The notes: generated from the letters alone by a model not told the origin. Shown: positions 36,024 through 46,999, numbered from the stretch's first letter. The stretch is 54,963 bases of DNA from a virus (IMGVR_UViG_3300009703_000023:1-54963), one strand, 5' to 3'. Program-made: numbers and translations.

Positions 36024-36432
36024 CCGCGATGTTCCAGTACTGGCAGATGTTCGGCATGAGTGGGAGTTTGTTAAACCGGGGATTGAACAGATTCTCGCCG
36101 CTAGCTCTACGCTTACTTACCGAGTGGAAGATGTGTATGCGGCTTGTGTCCATAACGAAGCGCATTTGTGGACGAGCCGCGATGGCTTTGTCGTCACTAC
36201 GACAGAGCTTGATACTTACACAGGAGAAAAGACGTTCTTGTTTTGGATTGCGTGGGCTAGTCGAAAAGGTAGCGCCCTTTCTGTCGCGCATCGTAAGTTT
36301 TTTGAAGATGTGGCTAGAGAGACTGGCCACACCAAAGTCGAAGTTAGAACAGCTGTTCCTGAAGTTGCGGAGTTTCTTAAAAACTCTAACTGGCAGCTTT
36401 CGGAAAATGTTTTTGTACGCGACCTGTATTAA
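35965..36432 (+). CDS. GNAT-fold-like virion assembly protein
   Basis: GFVVT...FLFWIAW...VARETG pattern; lies just before the ejection genes as P22 gp14-like genes do. Confidence 0.5.
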   Translation: MEGCTHTPTLSAINTDKAGNRDVPVLADVRHEWEFVKPGIEQILAASSTLTYRVEDVYAACVHNEAHLWTSRDGFVVTTTELDTYTGEKTFLFWIAWASRKGSALSVAHRKFFEDVARETGHTKVEVRTAVPEVAEFLKNSNWQLSENVFVRDLY

Positions 36433-36446
36433 AAGAGAGGTGGTAC

Positions 36447-37199
36447 ATGGGATCTAGGCCCAAATCGTCTGATTACGCCCCGACAAAGTCTGATCGGCTG
36501 AACGCTGCTATAGCAAATCAGCGGTATAACGACTTTAAAAAGCAATATGGGCCTCTGCTTCGCGACATGCGGGACCAATCTATGTCGCAAGATGTCGCTA
36601 CTACTGCTAGGGGGCGTGCTAATGCAGACACTATGCAAGCGCTTACCAGTGATCTAGCTTATGCAGGCACCCAAGAGCCGTCCGCTGGTTCTGATATGGC
36701 GCAAGCTGTTGCAGGTCAAATGGGGGCTGCAACTGCAGATGCGAAAGCCTTTACCAATGATCAAAAAATGAAGGTGCTTAGAGTTGCAAATCAACAGCAA
36801 CAAGTTGGCGGCGCGACTTTGTCTGAGTTGGCGCGTATTGAGACAAGTGGAGCGCTGACATCTGCTAAAGCTAAAGCTCAAGAGCGAGCAGCCTTAGCAG
36901 GAGCAACCGCTCAGCTCGCTGGCTCGTACATATTGCAGGGAGCGAAGAACAAAGCCGGTGGCGGCAAATGGCATAGCCCCGCCAAGGTTAATGAAATGGG
37001 GCAGCAAGTTAATAAAGGCGGACAGACGAGAGCGGAATTTGCTGCTCAGCAGCTTGGCAGCTTAAACCCGCCTTTTTATGGCCAAAACGCACCGACTGTT
37101 ACCGCGAAGCCAGTTGCTGAGTTTGTACCGGATACGGTTCGAGGGTTCGGAAACCGACTACGACATACTGGGTATTTGCCTCCGAGACGGCGAGGATAA
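36447..37199 (+). CDS. Internal virion (ejection) protein
   Basis: MGSRPKSSDY start, A/Q/G-rich helical composition. Confidence 0.6.
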   Translation: MGSRPKSSDYAPTKSDRLNAAIANQRYNDFKKQYGPLLRDMRDQSMSQDVATTARGRANADTMQALTSDLAYAGTQEPSAGSDMAQAVAGQMGAATADAKAFTNDQKMKVLRVANQQQQVGGATLSELARIETSGALTSAKAKAQERAALAGATAQLAGSYILQGAKNKAGGGKWHSPAKVNEMGQQVNKGGQTRAEFAAQQLGSLNPPFYGQNAPTVTAKPVAEFVPDTVRGFGNRLRHTGYLPPRRRG

Positions 37200-37221
37200 A
37201 GTAAGAGGACAGGTACAACAT

Positions 37222-37803
37222 ATGGCACATAAAGAAGACAGGAAGGCAAGAGCTGCTTACGGGCATGAGTTTGAAGAAGCTGGGCTTGAGTGGGTAAGTG
37301 ACCCTGAAAAAGCTCTTTCCGATATTACTCGGCAAGAGTATCTGGACTATGTCCGTGACTTTAAGGAACACGAAAAAGCGTTAGTTGAGCAGGCCACTAC
37401 GGATACTTCGCTTATCGATCAAGCCCGTGAGGACGCGCCAATGGCGGCTGAACTCACCCGAGGGATTGCTTCTCGTAATGCTCAACGTTATGGGGCTAGT
37501 CTTACACCCGCGCAGGTGAAAGAGCGCGAACGACAGCTTCAACTAGGTAATACTTTAGGCACCGTCAACGCTGTCAGTAACGCTCGTATAGCGCAGCGCG
37601 ATTTAAATACGCAGTTGTTAGATTCTTTGATAGATGTAGGGCAGGACATTAATCGCTCTTCACAGAATCAAATGGCTTCATCTGCTGCTAATTGGCGAAA
37701 CATGCAGAATCAGTACAGGCAGGCCAAAGCAAATTACAGGTCGCAGACCTATAGCACCATAGGCGCTTTAGGTTCGGCTGCTATTTTTGCATTCGCCTTT
37801 TAA
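37222..37803 (+). CDS. Internal virion (ejection) protein
   Basis: Helical Q/A-rich with hydrophobic C-terminus; ATG 37222 avoids overlap with the upstream gene. Confidence 0.6.
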   Translation: MAHKEDRKARAAYGHEFEEAGLEWVSDPEKALSDITRQEYLDYVRDFKEHEKALVEQATTDTSLIDQAREDAPMAAELTRGIASRNAQRYGASLTPAQVKERERQLQLGNTLGTVNAVSNARIAQRDLNTQLLDSLIDVGQDINRSSQNQMASSAANWRNMQNQYRQAKANYRSQTYSTIGALGSAAIFAFAF

Positions 37804-37815
37804 TGGAGCACTTTT

Positions 37816-40272
37816 ATGAGCGTCGGTGAAGGGTTACTTGCAGCTATACAAGCCTCGCAGGCTATTACGCAAAGCCAGCGGGACTACTACGCCCGTAATC
37901 GTCAGTTTGAGCTAGACCGTGAAAAGCTTGACCTAGATAGACAGAGGCTTGGTCAGGTAGATCGAGAGCTTTCTCAGCAAGATACACGGCTTGCCCTGAC
38001 GGAAAGAGAAGTCGTTGTTGCAGAAGGCCAGTTCGGTCGAGACCAAGCTAAGGACGCCCGTGAGCAGACACAACGCAGTGGTCAGAAAACAATCAATATG
38101 GGTCTGTCAAACGGTAGTATCGATCTTAGCAAGCCGGGAAGTCTCGTTGATGTAGAAGACCCCATGTCGATAGCGGGGCGAGAGTTTGTGCTGGGCGTTC
38201 TCAATGGGGCTCTCCCGGTTAAGGAAGAGGCGGCAAAAAAAGGATTCGGGTGGACAGGGGTTAACGCGCATGTAGGCGAAGATGGGCAAACACGCTACAC
38301 AGTTATGGGTCAGTATGCGAACGGCGAACCGGGTGTTCTAACTACTGCGGGAGAGGTGACAGACGTTCCCGGCGATTCAGTGGTTAGTGTAACTCGTGAG
38401 GAGCTAAATGAGCTTTTAAGTGTAAAGACGGTTTCTCTTATGGGAACCGCGCTCGGTCCCGATAAGCTTTTCGAATTTCTTGTTAAGCAAGGTATGCCTG
38501 TCCCTACCGCGACAAAGCTTAAGGAAGAGGCCGGTAAAACGAGCACGGTTCTAAACACCGTTTATAGCAATCTGGGCATAGCAGCAGGTAGGCAGCTTAC
38601 GGCTTCGCTGGCTGCTGCTGGCAGTTCTGAAGAACGTAAGGCAATAGTTGTAGATGTAGCTAAGAGCATGGGTATAGATACATCTATACCTTCTGAACCT
38701 ACAGCAGATGTAGCAGCCGCCGATAAGACTCATTACGTCGGGAAGATTGCTAATAGCCCCGCAGTAAGGAGCCTAGTATTTCCCGCTACAGAGAGCCAAT
38801 ATGAGTCTGATCGGTATGCGAAACAGCGTCCCCAAAGCGCCATGCCGGGGGTCGGTAAGAATTTCGGCGCTTATATTGATACCCAGCAGGAGGAGTTAGC
38901 TAGATTAAACACAGAAATTGGAGCGCTAGAAAACGACTATACCGCTTCAGCTGCGGCCAATGAATCTGCAGATACTTTGCAGAGACTCGCTCGTGATATG
39001 GACGAGAAAACGGGCAAAGCTAATAAGCTTGTTAAGGATACGAACAACAAAATACTTCAGGAAGTAGAGCGAGAGATAGCGACGCTGGAAAAAACAATCG
39101 ACAGCTCGAACCTTGGCCCTAACAACTCGGCTTATAAGGACTATGCACAAAAGCTAGAAGAGCTTCAGCAGACTAGGGATTCTATTAAGGACGCTGGTAA
39201 ACCGGTTACTCCTATGATGAGTTCCGATCAGTACAAAGCCTTGGAAGAAGGTATTTTTAGTAAGCTGTCTAATATGCCTCTTGATGAGCTTCAAGCGCTT
39301 TCTACTACTACAGGCATAGACTTTACTCCTGACGAACAACAGGTAATGGCGGCTAGGTTAGCTGAGCTACGGATCGACAATATCGCAGACATACCGAAGC
39401 TTATGCCGAACAAAGAAGTTGTGGCTCATCTGGCCATGCTTTCCACCATGGCACAGTCGGATGCCGAGCGCGTACTCATGACGGACGCTTGGAATAACTA
39501 TCGTGATACGGGACGCACTAGCTTCTCAGAAGAAGAGCTTGCTACGTTTAACCTAGAGCGACAAAAAGAAGAGCGTCTGCAACAACAGTTTGGCTTGGAT
39601 TTCCTCAAAGAACAGCGTCAGCGACTAGACAGCGCGACAGCTGAAAGAAGGTTGAATTATGAGATTGCCGGGGGGGATGAGGATATTGGCGAGATATTAG
39701 AGTACGCAGAGAAGCTTAACAGAGAAGTTACCCAAGCGTTCGAGACGACAGATCCAGTTACCGGCGAAGTTCGTCAGGCTGAGGGTGAAGAGGCTATAAA
39801 GGCAGCTAATAGGTTTATTAGAACTAAGCTACCGTACTTTCGTCAACAGTTGGAGTCACTCACTGCACAAAGCCCAGAGTATGCCCTCCGACATAGGGGG
39901 CGGATATCTGCACTTCTAAACGAGATGAGCCGTGGTATTTCCATGGCCACTCACGCTAAGACTAACAAAGATAAAGACGCATCCTACGATATCGCAGACC
40001 TTTTTGCTTATTACACAGGTTGGGGCGGGAGCAAAGATCCTGGTCCCAGCACAGTTGATGTCTCTGATTTGGATCTCAACAATGTGCATTTTGGCAAGGA
40101 GTCCCCAGCGGGAGTAAGAAACTTTGTGTATAGGACTACGGGAGGCGAGCCGGTCGGGCTTCCAATACCTGCACGGGAGATTGAGAACAGGAACAGAGCC
40201 CTTTACGCGATTATGGTTACCGCTGCTGAGCAGAACAAACTTAAACGCGCCCAATCCCAAACTCCGCAGTAG
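37816..40272 (+). CDS. Large internal virion (ejection) protein
   Basis: 818 aa with coiled coils; between the small ejection genes and the giant protein. Confidence 0.6.
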   Translation: MSVGEGLLAAIQASQAITQSQRDYYARNRQFELDREKLDLDRQRLGQVDRELSQQDTRLALTEREVVVAEGQFGRDQAKDAREQTQRSGQKTINMGLSNGSIDLSKPGSLVDVEDPMSIAGREFVLGVLNGALPVKEEAAKKGFGWTGVNAHVGEDGQTRYTVMGQYANGEPGVLTTAGEVTDVPGDSVVSVTREELNELLSVKTVSLMGTALGPDKLFEFLVKQGMPVPTATKLKEEAGKTSTVLNTVYSNLGIAAGRQLTASLAAAGSSEERKAIVVDVAKSMGIDTSIPSEPTADVAAADKTHYVGKIANSPAVRSLVFPATESQYESDRYAKQRPQSAMPGVGKNFGAYIDTQQEELARLNTEIGALENDYTASAAANESADTLQRLARDMDEKTGKANKLVKDTNNKILQEVEREIATLEKTIDSSNLGPNNSAYKDYAQKLEELQQTRDSIKDAGKPVTPMMSSDQYKALEEGIFSKLSNMPLDELQALSTTTGIDFTPDEQQVMAARLAELRIDNIADIPKLMPNKEVVAHLAMLSTMAQSDAERVLMTDAWNNYRDTGRTSFSEEELATFNLERQKEERLQQQFGLDFLKEQRQRLDSATAERRLNYEIAGGDEDIGEILEYAEKLNREVTQAFETTDPVTGEVRQAEGEEAIKAANRFIRTKLPYFRQQLESLTAQSPEYALRHRGRISALLNEMSRGISMATHAKTNKDKDASYDIADLFAYYTGWGGSKDPGPSTVDVSDLDLNNVHFGKESPAGVRNFVYRTTGGEPVGLPIPAREIENRNRALYAIMVTAAEQNKLKRAQSQTPQ

Positions 40273-40287
40273 TAGGCTCTATAGGCT

Positions 40288-43200
40288 ATGGCCGTTAATC
40301 CAGTTTACAAAGCCCTACTGCAGGGCAAGCAAAGCGCAGAAGACACGCCGTCTGAAAACGTTGTAGCAAAAGCGATGGTTTCAGAAGAAGAGCCTCGCCC
40401 TGCTGCTCCCGGCACTCTTTCTGAAAGTTTTGCAGCCGGGTACAGATCAGGGGTACACGGTCTTGGTAGAGACATAGACTATTTTAAGGCGCTTCTTAGT
40501 GCTTCGGTGGGCGATGAGGATGAGGCTGCGCGGCATATTAGGAACGCTCGCATAGAAGAAGAATCAGCCGCTGCGCCGCTGCGTGGGACCGAAGAGTGGA
40601 GCGATTTTTTAGAAGAGCCTACTTTGGAGGGTTTCCTACAAAAAGCAACAGAGTTCGGAGGACAGGTTGTTCCTTCTGTTATGTCTTCCATAGCAGGCGC
40701 AGGAGTAGGTGGCCTAGTAGCAGCAGGTGGTAGGGCAGTTGTAGGTAAGTCTGCGCGGACTGCCGCAAAGAGGCTTATCGAGGATTCCTTAGAACGTACC
40801 GCAAAAGGCGTAGCAGACCCTGATGAGCTTCGCCTTGCTCAACTGGCCTATAAACAGTATCGAGATACGACTCGGAAAGTTGTAGAACGGGGAGCGCTGG
40901 TCGGCGCGTTTGGATCAGAGTACCCACCCTTAGCTGGGTCAAATGTTTCTGAAGCCCTTGAGTCCGGTCGAGAGCTAGATAGGACACAAGCTTTTAGGGC
41001 GGCGGCTGTAGCTCTTCCACAAGCAGCTATAGGTGTAGGGGGAGAAGCCGCCTTATATAAGCTCCTAGGTAATGTAGCTAAAAAACGCTCACAGGGAGAA
41101 GGAAGCATATTTGGGCAGTTAGCTGCTTCTGTTACCCGAGGAACGGCTATTGAGTCAACAGCCGAAACAGCGCAAGAAGAGATAGCCATTAGAAATAGAA
41201 TGGCTATGGACGACACGTTTACTGCGGAAGAAGCGTTCTTGCGTAGGACGCAGGCGTGGTTTGCTGGAGCGATTTCTGGTGGTGGCGCAGCAGGCGTTGG
41301 TACTACAGGCGTAGCAGCAGCTCAGCGTGTAGCCAAAATTGACCCTAATGAGGCTCTGGAAAAAACAGCTACCGTCTACGAAAAAGCACGTTCATTGTTA
41401 CGAAGCGCGCAAGAGCAACGTGTTAATCGTGATATAGATAACGAACAGTATGGGGATCTTTCTTCCACTGTAACTACACCGGAAGCTGAGTCTGATATCA
41501 ACGCGCAGTTGAATGCTATTGCAGATCCAACCAGTGCAAAAGCTTCAACTTGGGTAGCGGGAACATCAGCGCGTATTGCTACAACAGCAGAGGCTCCTAA
41601 TACAGCGATAGAGATCTCTATTAAAGGCACTACAGCTTGGGCTGCTTTTATTCCGGGTAAAGGGACCATCTACTCAAAAAGCAAAGACGTAGTAGAAGAA
41701 GTAATTAACAGCAACGCAAGCGATAAGGCGCTACAACTTGCTCTCGGGTACAGTAAGGCTAAAGATGAAGTACCTGACGGCGATCTTGTAGTCCAAGTTT
41801 TTGACGCTCAGAACAATGTCATAAGCGAAGAGATTACAGACACTGATAGTCTGCCGGGGGCTTTGTCAGCTGCAGCTGATATCCAGCCAGAGGGCGGTCG
41901 TATAGGCCAGACCACTCTTGAAAAAGCTCTTGAAGAACGTGCAGCCCGTGTGGCTAATGAGCAAAGCCCGGTCAGTGAGATGTCCGCTCGTAAAGGGTTT
42001 GGCGAAGAAGAAGTTGACCTGACTTGGGGCGCTGCGTTTAAAGAATTAGCCGCTTTATTCGGTGGCGAAGAGACAATCCCTCTCTTAAACAGAAGCCCCG
42101 GTTTAGCCCCACGGGTAGAGGATGGCGGCGTTAAAGTTGAAGGGTATGAGCCTAAAAAAGATCCGAATAGAGAGTTTGATAACGAAAAAGACGCCCGTAA
42201 GAGCGTAGAAGAAGTTTCTGGCAAAGTTGATTGGAGCGACGGCTTGTACGCTCGTATGTCTGCTGCGCTTCTTAAAACGGTTGCGGCTCAACGCCAGATG
42301 TACCCAGATAGCATTGTTGGCGTTGAGCACGATGTGAAGACTGACCGTTTCTATGTGACACGGCTTGATCCCGAGGGAGATCGGTTTCGCTTTGAAACCA
42401 GAGGTAAGGTCGAGCTACTTCCTAGGGACGCATTTATAGAGAGGTCTATTGCAGCAGCTAAGGCTAGTAAGGAGGAATACCGTGAAGGGACTCTTACTGG
42501 CCCTGACGGTAAGAAGTCCAAAGTTAACCTAATCGATCTGGTTAATACGGGTCGTAGATTGATACAAGCTACAGAAGGCGTTCCTTGGACTGGTGATCAG
42601 TCTGGTGAGATCGATGCTATTAAGCAATCGCTCCGAGAAGTCCTTGGCGATTTGGCTTTGCGAGGCTATTCACTAGAAGTTGATGGCTTTGACCTTACAG
42701 CTGATTCGGGTTTTTTTACAGGTGATAAAAAAGGCTCATCACCGAGAGCTAAGTTCGGTCCAGTAGTCGCTTTTACTTCAACTGGAAGCCAGGTTCGTCT
42801 TGAACAGGCCCATAACGAAAGAAGCACCATAAATCCTGAAGCCGTTGAGGTTCCTTATCTAGTCAGAGATTCAGACGGTGAAATAATTGGAAGGCTAAAT
42901 ACGCCTGAAGCTCAGAACGCTGTCAGAAATACGTTGAACGACGATTCGTTAAAGGACGTAGAACCAGACCAAGCAGTAGAAGCGTACCTAGATAATTCTC
43001 AAGAGCGCGGACCGAGAGAAAGACAAGAGGAAGGAGATGAAACTTCTCCTGCTCAAATGCAGAACCGCCTTGAGCTTGCTCTTAAAGATTTGGATTTTAG
43101 TTTAGTACCCGCTGAAAATTTGCGGGGTTTACCGGAGACAGAAGGCCGAGAAGATGTAACTCCTGAAGGACCGCTCGATGACCCGAATCAGTCTTCTAGG

Positions 43201-46038
43201 GGCTTACCAGAAAATACTGCTGGTAGACCCGCTACTTCTAGTGCTGCTACTACTGTCTGGAAAGAAACCGTTGATAACGCTCCTTCTGAACCCGAACTAA
43301 GCTGGGCCGATTTACCCTACGGAGAGTCGGATAAGCTTTGGATAAGCGAGCTTGCTAAAAGAGTCGTTGCTAGATTTCAGTCTACGCTTAAGCTTAAAAA
43401 CCCGCCTGCTGTATTTAGCTTTGCTGAACTTACTTCTGCTGATCCAAACAGCGAGCTATGGGCAGCTTTAAAAGCAAACTACTCTGACGCTGACTTAGTG
43501 TTTATAGAACAGCAGATCAGACTTATGCAAGACGATCCGTCCATGCTCGGACGGTATCTGTGGAATACAAATCTGATCATAGTTAGGGAGTCAGGTAACC
43601 CCTTAACTGATGCATATGTTTTAGCCCATGAGTTTGGGCATGCCTTTTATCACCAAGAAGTTAAAACCGCTTTGTTCAACCCGGCGTTGTATAAGCGACT
43701 ACAAGCTGCTTATGAAGCGGACCCGCTTCATGATACCTATGTAGAAGAGTATGGTTCTCTGGGCATAGATGAGTGGCATGCAGACCAAGTTGCGAGGTGG
43801 GCGGTTAAAGACTATACGAGCCGTCCTCCAAAAAATATGCCTGAACGGCATTTCAAGCGCATTGTTAAAAAGCTAAGGCGCTTATGGCAGGAGCTACGGC
43901 GGGAATCAAAAGAGCTAAGCGCTGGGCATACAGTGCGGTTCGGTAATGTAAATACCGATTTCGATAGCTATCTAAATGCGGTTATAAAAGCTAAACGGGA
44001 CGAAGACGCTAGAAGTGATGCCCTTTCTATAACTGAAAGGATTTTCCCGCAAGCAGTACATAACGCTGTTGTGGAAGAAGGCGGTAAAGCTATAGCTCTA
44101 CACTGGCGTAAATCTCTGGCGGAAATTGCTCGCCCCCTTATGAGATTTGTAAGTACTGCGGACTCTGTACTTAGGTCGTATGCAGGTGATGAGCTGGCAG
44201 ATATGTTTTATGTCCGCTCCCAGCAGGATGACTCAGACGGACGTTTGGGTATGCTTGGCCAAATTGGGGTTACGGTGCATCGGTTTGTAAATGAATTTAC
44301 AGATCAGATTGGGGACATGAATGATCCTGCTGTTCAAGCTGCTTTTAGAGAGGCTGCAGGAAAGAAGACAACGGCTGAGCTACAAGGTAAAGCTAAGCAG
44401 ATTCGGCTATTTCTTGAGCGTCTTCATGAAGAGTACATAGCTCCTTCCAATACAGATATAAATCGCTTACCTAACTACTTCCCCATAGCGCTTAACCTGC
44501 TTGCGATAGATGAAGCGGGTGATCAGTTTGTTGACTTATTAGTCGCAGAGTCTCCCGGCCTTACCCGTGCAGAAGCTCGTAAAGCTGTTGAAAAGATAAA
44601 ACGCCTTAACCAAACAGCAGCAGATGACCAGCCTATTTCTTTAAGCCCTGAAGATGGTTTTAATCCTACTGACCCCTCTGCTATAGCAGAGCGAAGAAGG
44701 CTTCTTACTCTAGGTATAGACCCAAGCATATTGGCTGAGCAAGGGTACTTGTTACCTCCTGATCAAGCCTTTATGAGTTACATGCATCATGTAGTTAAGC
44801 GCGTTGAGTGGAACCGCGCCACAGATAATGGCGCTCGTGTAAATCAGATTCTCGAAACCTTAGACCCTGAAGCTAGGGAAGTCGCGCTGTCTACAATCGC
44901 GACTTATCTGGGGTATCAGACTTCCCCGCTCAGTCCGTTGTGGCGAAAAGTTAATTCTTATGGGCAGTTCTTTCAGTTCGTAACTATTCTTCCGTTTGCT
45001 GCTATAGGCTCTATTACAGATTTAGCTGGCCCAATTATTAACGCTAAAGAATTTAATCTGGATACTTTCTTAGACGGGTTTAAGCAGCTTGTTTATACGA
45101 TTAAAAATCCCGAAGAAAGGAAGCAGTTCGCCCGTGACCTTGGTCTTGTTACTAATGAGACTGTAGCGAATGCGTGGGTAACACAGGCGGAACAAGACTA
45201 TATGGATCCGGCAATCCGCCGTGCTTCAGACGTTTGGTTCCGCATGATTGGGTTGGATCAATTTACCAAGTTTTCTCGTGAGTTTGCCGCTGGCATGGGT
45301 GTCCAGTTTATTGTTAAGCATGCTAGGAACGAGTTTAACAACCCTAGGTCAGAGCGGTATCTGAGAGAGCTTGGCCTTACTGCCGAAGAAGTTTTGAAGT
45401 GGCATGCGGACGGGCGTCTTCTTTCTACTCCCGAAGGGAAGAAAGTGGCGCAAGGCGTAGTCCGGTTTACTGAGTCTTCTATTCTTCGACCTAATGCCGC
45501 GGAAAGACCTTTGTGGGCAAGCGACCCTCATTGGGCACTCATATGGCAGTTGAAGAGCTATTTCTGGGCCTATTACAAAGTTATAGGCGGCGGCCTTATG
45601 CGCGAACTTAAGACTCGTATTGCTGAAAACCCTGGCGAAGAGGGTAAGTTAAATGTGGCTCAGTTGACTGCTGCAACTAGTGTTCTTGCGCTGACAGCCG
45701 TAGCGACAATGCCCTTGGCTATGCTGGGATTAGAGCTTCGCGAGTGGGCAAAATACGGTCTTGCTTGGGCGTTGCCCGGTGTTTCCCCAAAAGAGCGCTA
45801 CTTTAGGTCAGATCGTATGGAGTGGGGGGATTATCTTGGGGAGATGGTAGACAGGTCCGGTTTTCTTGGACCTATGTCGCTGGTGGCTATGTCTAATCAG
45901 CAGATGGAGTGGGGGCGTTCTGGTATGACTCCTATCTTAGGCCCAACTGCTGAGACTTTAGAAACTATATGGCGCAACGGTTTTGATGTAGGTAAGACTA
46001 TAACGGGCCGAGTCTTACCAATTTATAACCAACTTTAA
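40288..46038 (+). CDS. Giant internal virion/polyvalent protein with zincin-like domain
   Basis: 1916 aa; G/A-rich hydrophobic N-terminal region, AHEFGH...DEWHAD motif, helical C-terminus. Confidence 0.7.
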   Translation: MAVNPVYKALLQGKQSAEDTPSENVVAKAMVSEEEPRPAAPGTLSESFAAGYRSGVHGLGRDIDYFKALLSASVGDEDEAARHIRNARIEEESAAAPLRGTEEWSDFLEEPTLEGFLQKATEFGGQVVPSVMSSIAGAGVGGLVAAGGRAVVGKSARTAAKRLIEDSLERTAKGVADPDELRLAQLAYKQYRDTTRKVVERGALVGAFGSEYPPLAGSNVSEALESGRELDRTQAFRAAAVALPQAAIGVGGEAALYKLLGNVAKKRSQGEGSIFGQLAASVTRGTAIESTAETAQEEIAIRNRMAMDDTFTAEEAFLRRTQAWFAGAISGGGAAGVGTTGVAAAQRVAKIDPNEALEKTATVYEKARSLLRSAQEQRVNRDIDNEQYGDLSSTVTTPEAESDINAQLNAIADPTSAKASTWVAGTSARIATTAEAPNTAIEISIKGTTAWAAFIPGKGTIYSKSKDVVEEVINSNASDKALQLALGYSKAKDEVPDGDLVVQVFDAQNNVISEEITDTDSLPGALSAAADIQPEGGRIGQTTLEKALEERAARVANEQSPVSEMSARKGFGEEEVDLTWGAAFKELAALFGGEETIPLLNRSPGLAPRVEDGGVKVEGYEPKKDPNREFDNEKDARKSVEEVSGKVDWSDGLYARMSAALLKTVAAQRQMYPDSIVGVEHDVKTDRFYVTRLDPEGDRFRFETRGKVELLPRDAFIERSIAAAKASKEEYREGTLTGPDGKKSKVNLIDLVNTGRRLIQATEGVPWTGDQSGEIDAIKQSLREVLGDLALRGYSLEVDGFDLTADSGFFTGDKKGSSPRAKFGPVVAFTSTGSQVRLEQAHNERSTINPEAVEVPYLVRDSDGEIIGRLNTPEAQNAVRNTLNDDSLKDVEPDQAVEAYLDNSQERGPRERQEEGDETSPAQMQNRLELALKDLDFSLVPAENLRGLPETEGREDVTPEGPLDDPNQSSRGLPENTAGRPATSSAATTVWKETVDNAPSEPELSWADLPYGESDKLWISELAKRVVARFQSTLKLKNPPAVFSFAELTSADPNSELWAALKANYSDADLVFIEQQIRLMQDDPSMLGRYLWNTNLIIVRESGNPLTDAYVLAHEFGHAFYHQEVKTALFNPALYKRLQAAYEADPLHDTYVEEYGSLGIDEWHADQVARWAVKDYTSRPPKNMPERHFKRIVKKLRRLWQELRRESKELSAGHTVRFGNVNTDFDSYLNAVIKAKRDEDARSDALSITERIFPQAVHNAVVEEGGKAIALHWRKSLAEIARPLMRFVSTADSVLRSYAGDELADMFYVRSQQDDSDGRLGMLGQIGVTVHRFVNEFTDQIGDMNDPAVQAAFREAAGKKTTAELQGKAKQIRLFLERLHEEYIAPSNTDINRLPNYFPIALNLLAIDEAGDQFVDLLVAESPGLTRAEARKAVEKIKRLNQTAADDQPISLSPEDGFNPTDPSAIAERRRLLTLGIDPSILAEQGYLLPPDQAFMSYMHHVVKRVEWNRATDNGARVNQILETLDPEAREVALSTIATYLGYQTSPLSPLWRKVNSYGQFFQFVTILPFAAIGSITDLAGPIINAKEFNLDTFLDGFKQLVYTIKNPEERKQFARDLGLVTNETVANAWVTQAEQDYMDPAIRRASDVWFRMIGLDQFTKFSREFAAGMGVQFIVKHARNEFNNPRSERYLRELGLTAEEVLKWHADGRLLSTPEGKKVAQGVVRFTESSILRPNAAERPLWASDPHWALIWQLKSYFWAYYKVIGGGLMRELKTRIAENPGEEGKLNVAQLTAATSVLALTAVATMPLAMLGLELREWAKYGLAWALPGVSPKERYFRSDRMEWGDYLGEMVDRSGFLGPMSLVAMSNQQMEWGRSGMTPILGPTAETLETIWRNGFDVGKTITGRVLPIYNQL

Positions 46039-46047
46039 GGTGCTTAT

Positions 46048-46530
46048 ATGAAGATCGGTAACCTTTTAAAAAATGTTGTAGGTACTGTTGCTCCCAAGCT
46101 GGCTACCACTCTAGGTGGCCCTTTAGCTGGTATGGCCGTGGGGGCGATTGCAGATGCGCTTGGCGTCGAACCGACAGAAAAAGCTGTCGCCCAGCGGTTG
46201 CAGAACCCTACTCCCGATGATCTTCTCAGACTTAAAAATGCAGAGAACGAGTTCGCCGTCAGGATAAAAGAACTCGAATTAGACGAGAGCAAACTGGTTA
46301 TGCAAGATGTTCAAGATGCTAGGAAGGCGTTTTCTGGCGATTGGACTCCAAAAGTTTTTTCCTTGGGTATTCTCATAGGTTTCTTTGCGTTCATTTTTTT
46401 CATCGTTTCCGACGACTGGAATCGCGAAATGGAGCCTTTGCTGAACATTATCTTGGGTGGCCTGTTAGCGAACGTAGCTAGTGTCGCCTCGTTTTACTTT
46501 GGATCTAGCCAGAAAGGGAACTCTTCATGA
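46048..46530 (+). CDS. Holin-like membrane protein
   Basis: VAPKLATTLGGPLAG, DVQDAR, two TM helices, FYFGSS; adjacent to the lysozyme. Confidence 0.7.
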   Translation: MKIGNLLKNVVGTVAPKLATTLGGPLAGMAVGAIADALGVEPTEKAVAQRLQNPTPDDLLRLKNAENEFAVRIKELELDESKLVMQDVQDARKAFSGDWTPKVFSLGILIGFFAFIFFIVSDDWNREMEPLLNIILGGLLANVASVASFYFGSSQKGNSS

Positions 46531-46955
46531 TCGAGCGTTTGGTAAAGCAGCTTCGGTTGCACGAAGGCTCTAGGCAATTTGCGTATGAGGATCACCTCGG
46601 GTACGTAACTGTTGGCGTAGGACGCTGTCTGGATGAGAAAGTTGGCCTAGGTCTTTCGGACTCCGAAATAGATTTTCTGCTAAAGAACGATATAGAGCGC
46701 TGTACAGCTGAACTGCAGCAACGTTTTGATTGGTTTGATGGGCTGGATGAAGTACGAAAAGTTGCACTCATAGATATGAACTTTAATATGGGCATTACTC
46801 GCCTCTCGAAGTTCAAAAACATGCTTTCGGCGCTCAGCGATTCACGGTATGACGACGCGGCTACCGAAGCACTTGATTCAAAGTGGGCGAAGCAGGTTGG
46901 GCAGCGGAGCACTAATGTGTCTGAAATGCTTCGCACTGGCGAGTACTTTCAGTAG
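46527..46955 (+). CDS. Endolysin, GH24/T4-type lysozyme
   Basis: HEG-x4-YEDHLG-x-VTVGVG (E-x8-D-x5-T triad), MNFNMG, LDSKWAKQV. Confidence 0.92.
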   Translation: MIERLVKQLRLHEGSRQFAYEDHLGYVTVGVGRCLDEKVGLGLSDSEIDFLLKNDIERCTAELQQRFDWFDGLDEVRKVALIDMNFNMGITRLSKFKNMLSALSDSRYDDAATEALDSKWAKQVGQRSTNVSEMLRTGEYFQ

Positions 46956-46961
46956 TAGTTA

Positions 46962-46981
46962 ATTAGCCGGGCTAATATAAT
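46962..46981 (+). promoter_or_regulatory. Operator copy 6 abutting a TATAAT box
   Basis: ATTAGC-CGG-GCTAAT-ATAAT upstream of the tail accessory genes. Confidence 0.75.
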
Positions 46982-46999
46982 TTCGGCAGAGGAAATACC

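Noticed and set aside
37078-37221. Programmed frameshift between the overlapping ejection ORFs
   Set aside because: An in-frame ATG at 37222 with upstream GAGGA removes the overlap; no slippery site noticed.
40288-46038. Virion RNA polymerase call
   Set aside because: No T7-type motifs or DxDGD catalytic motif recognised; kept only as a hypothesis to test by structure search.
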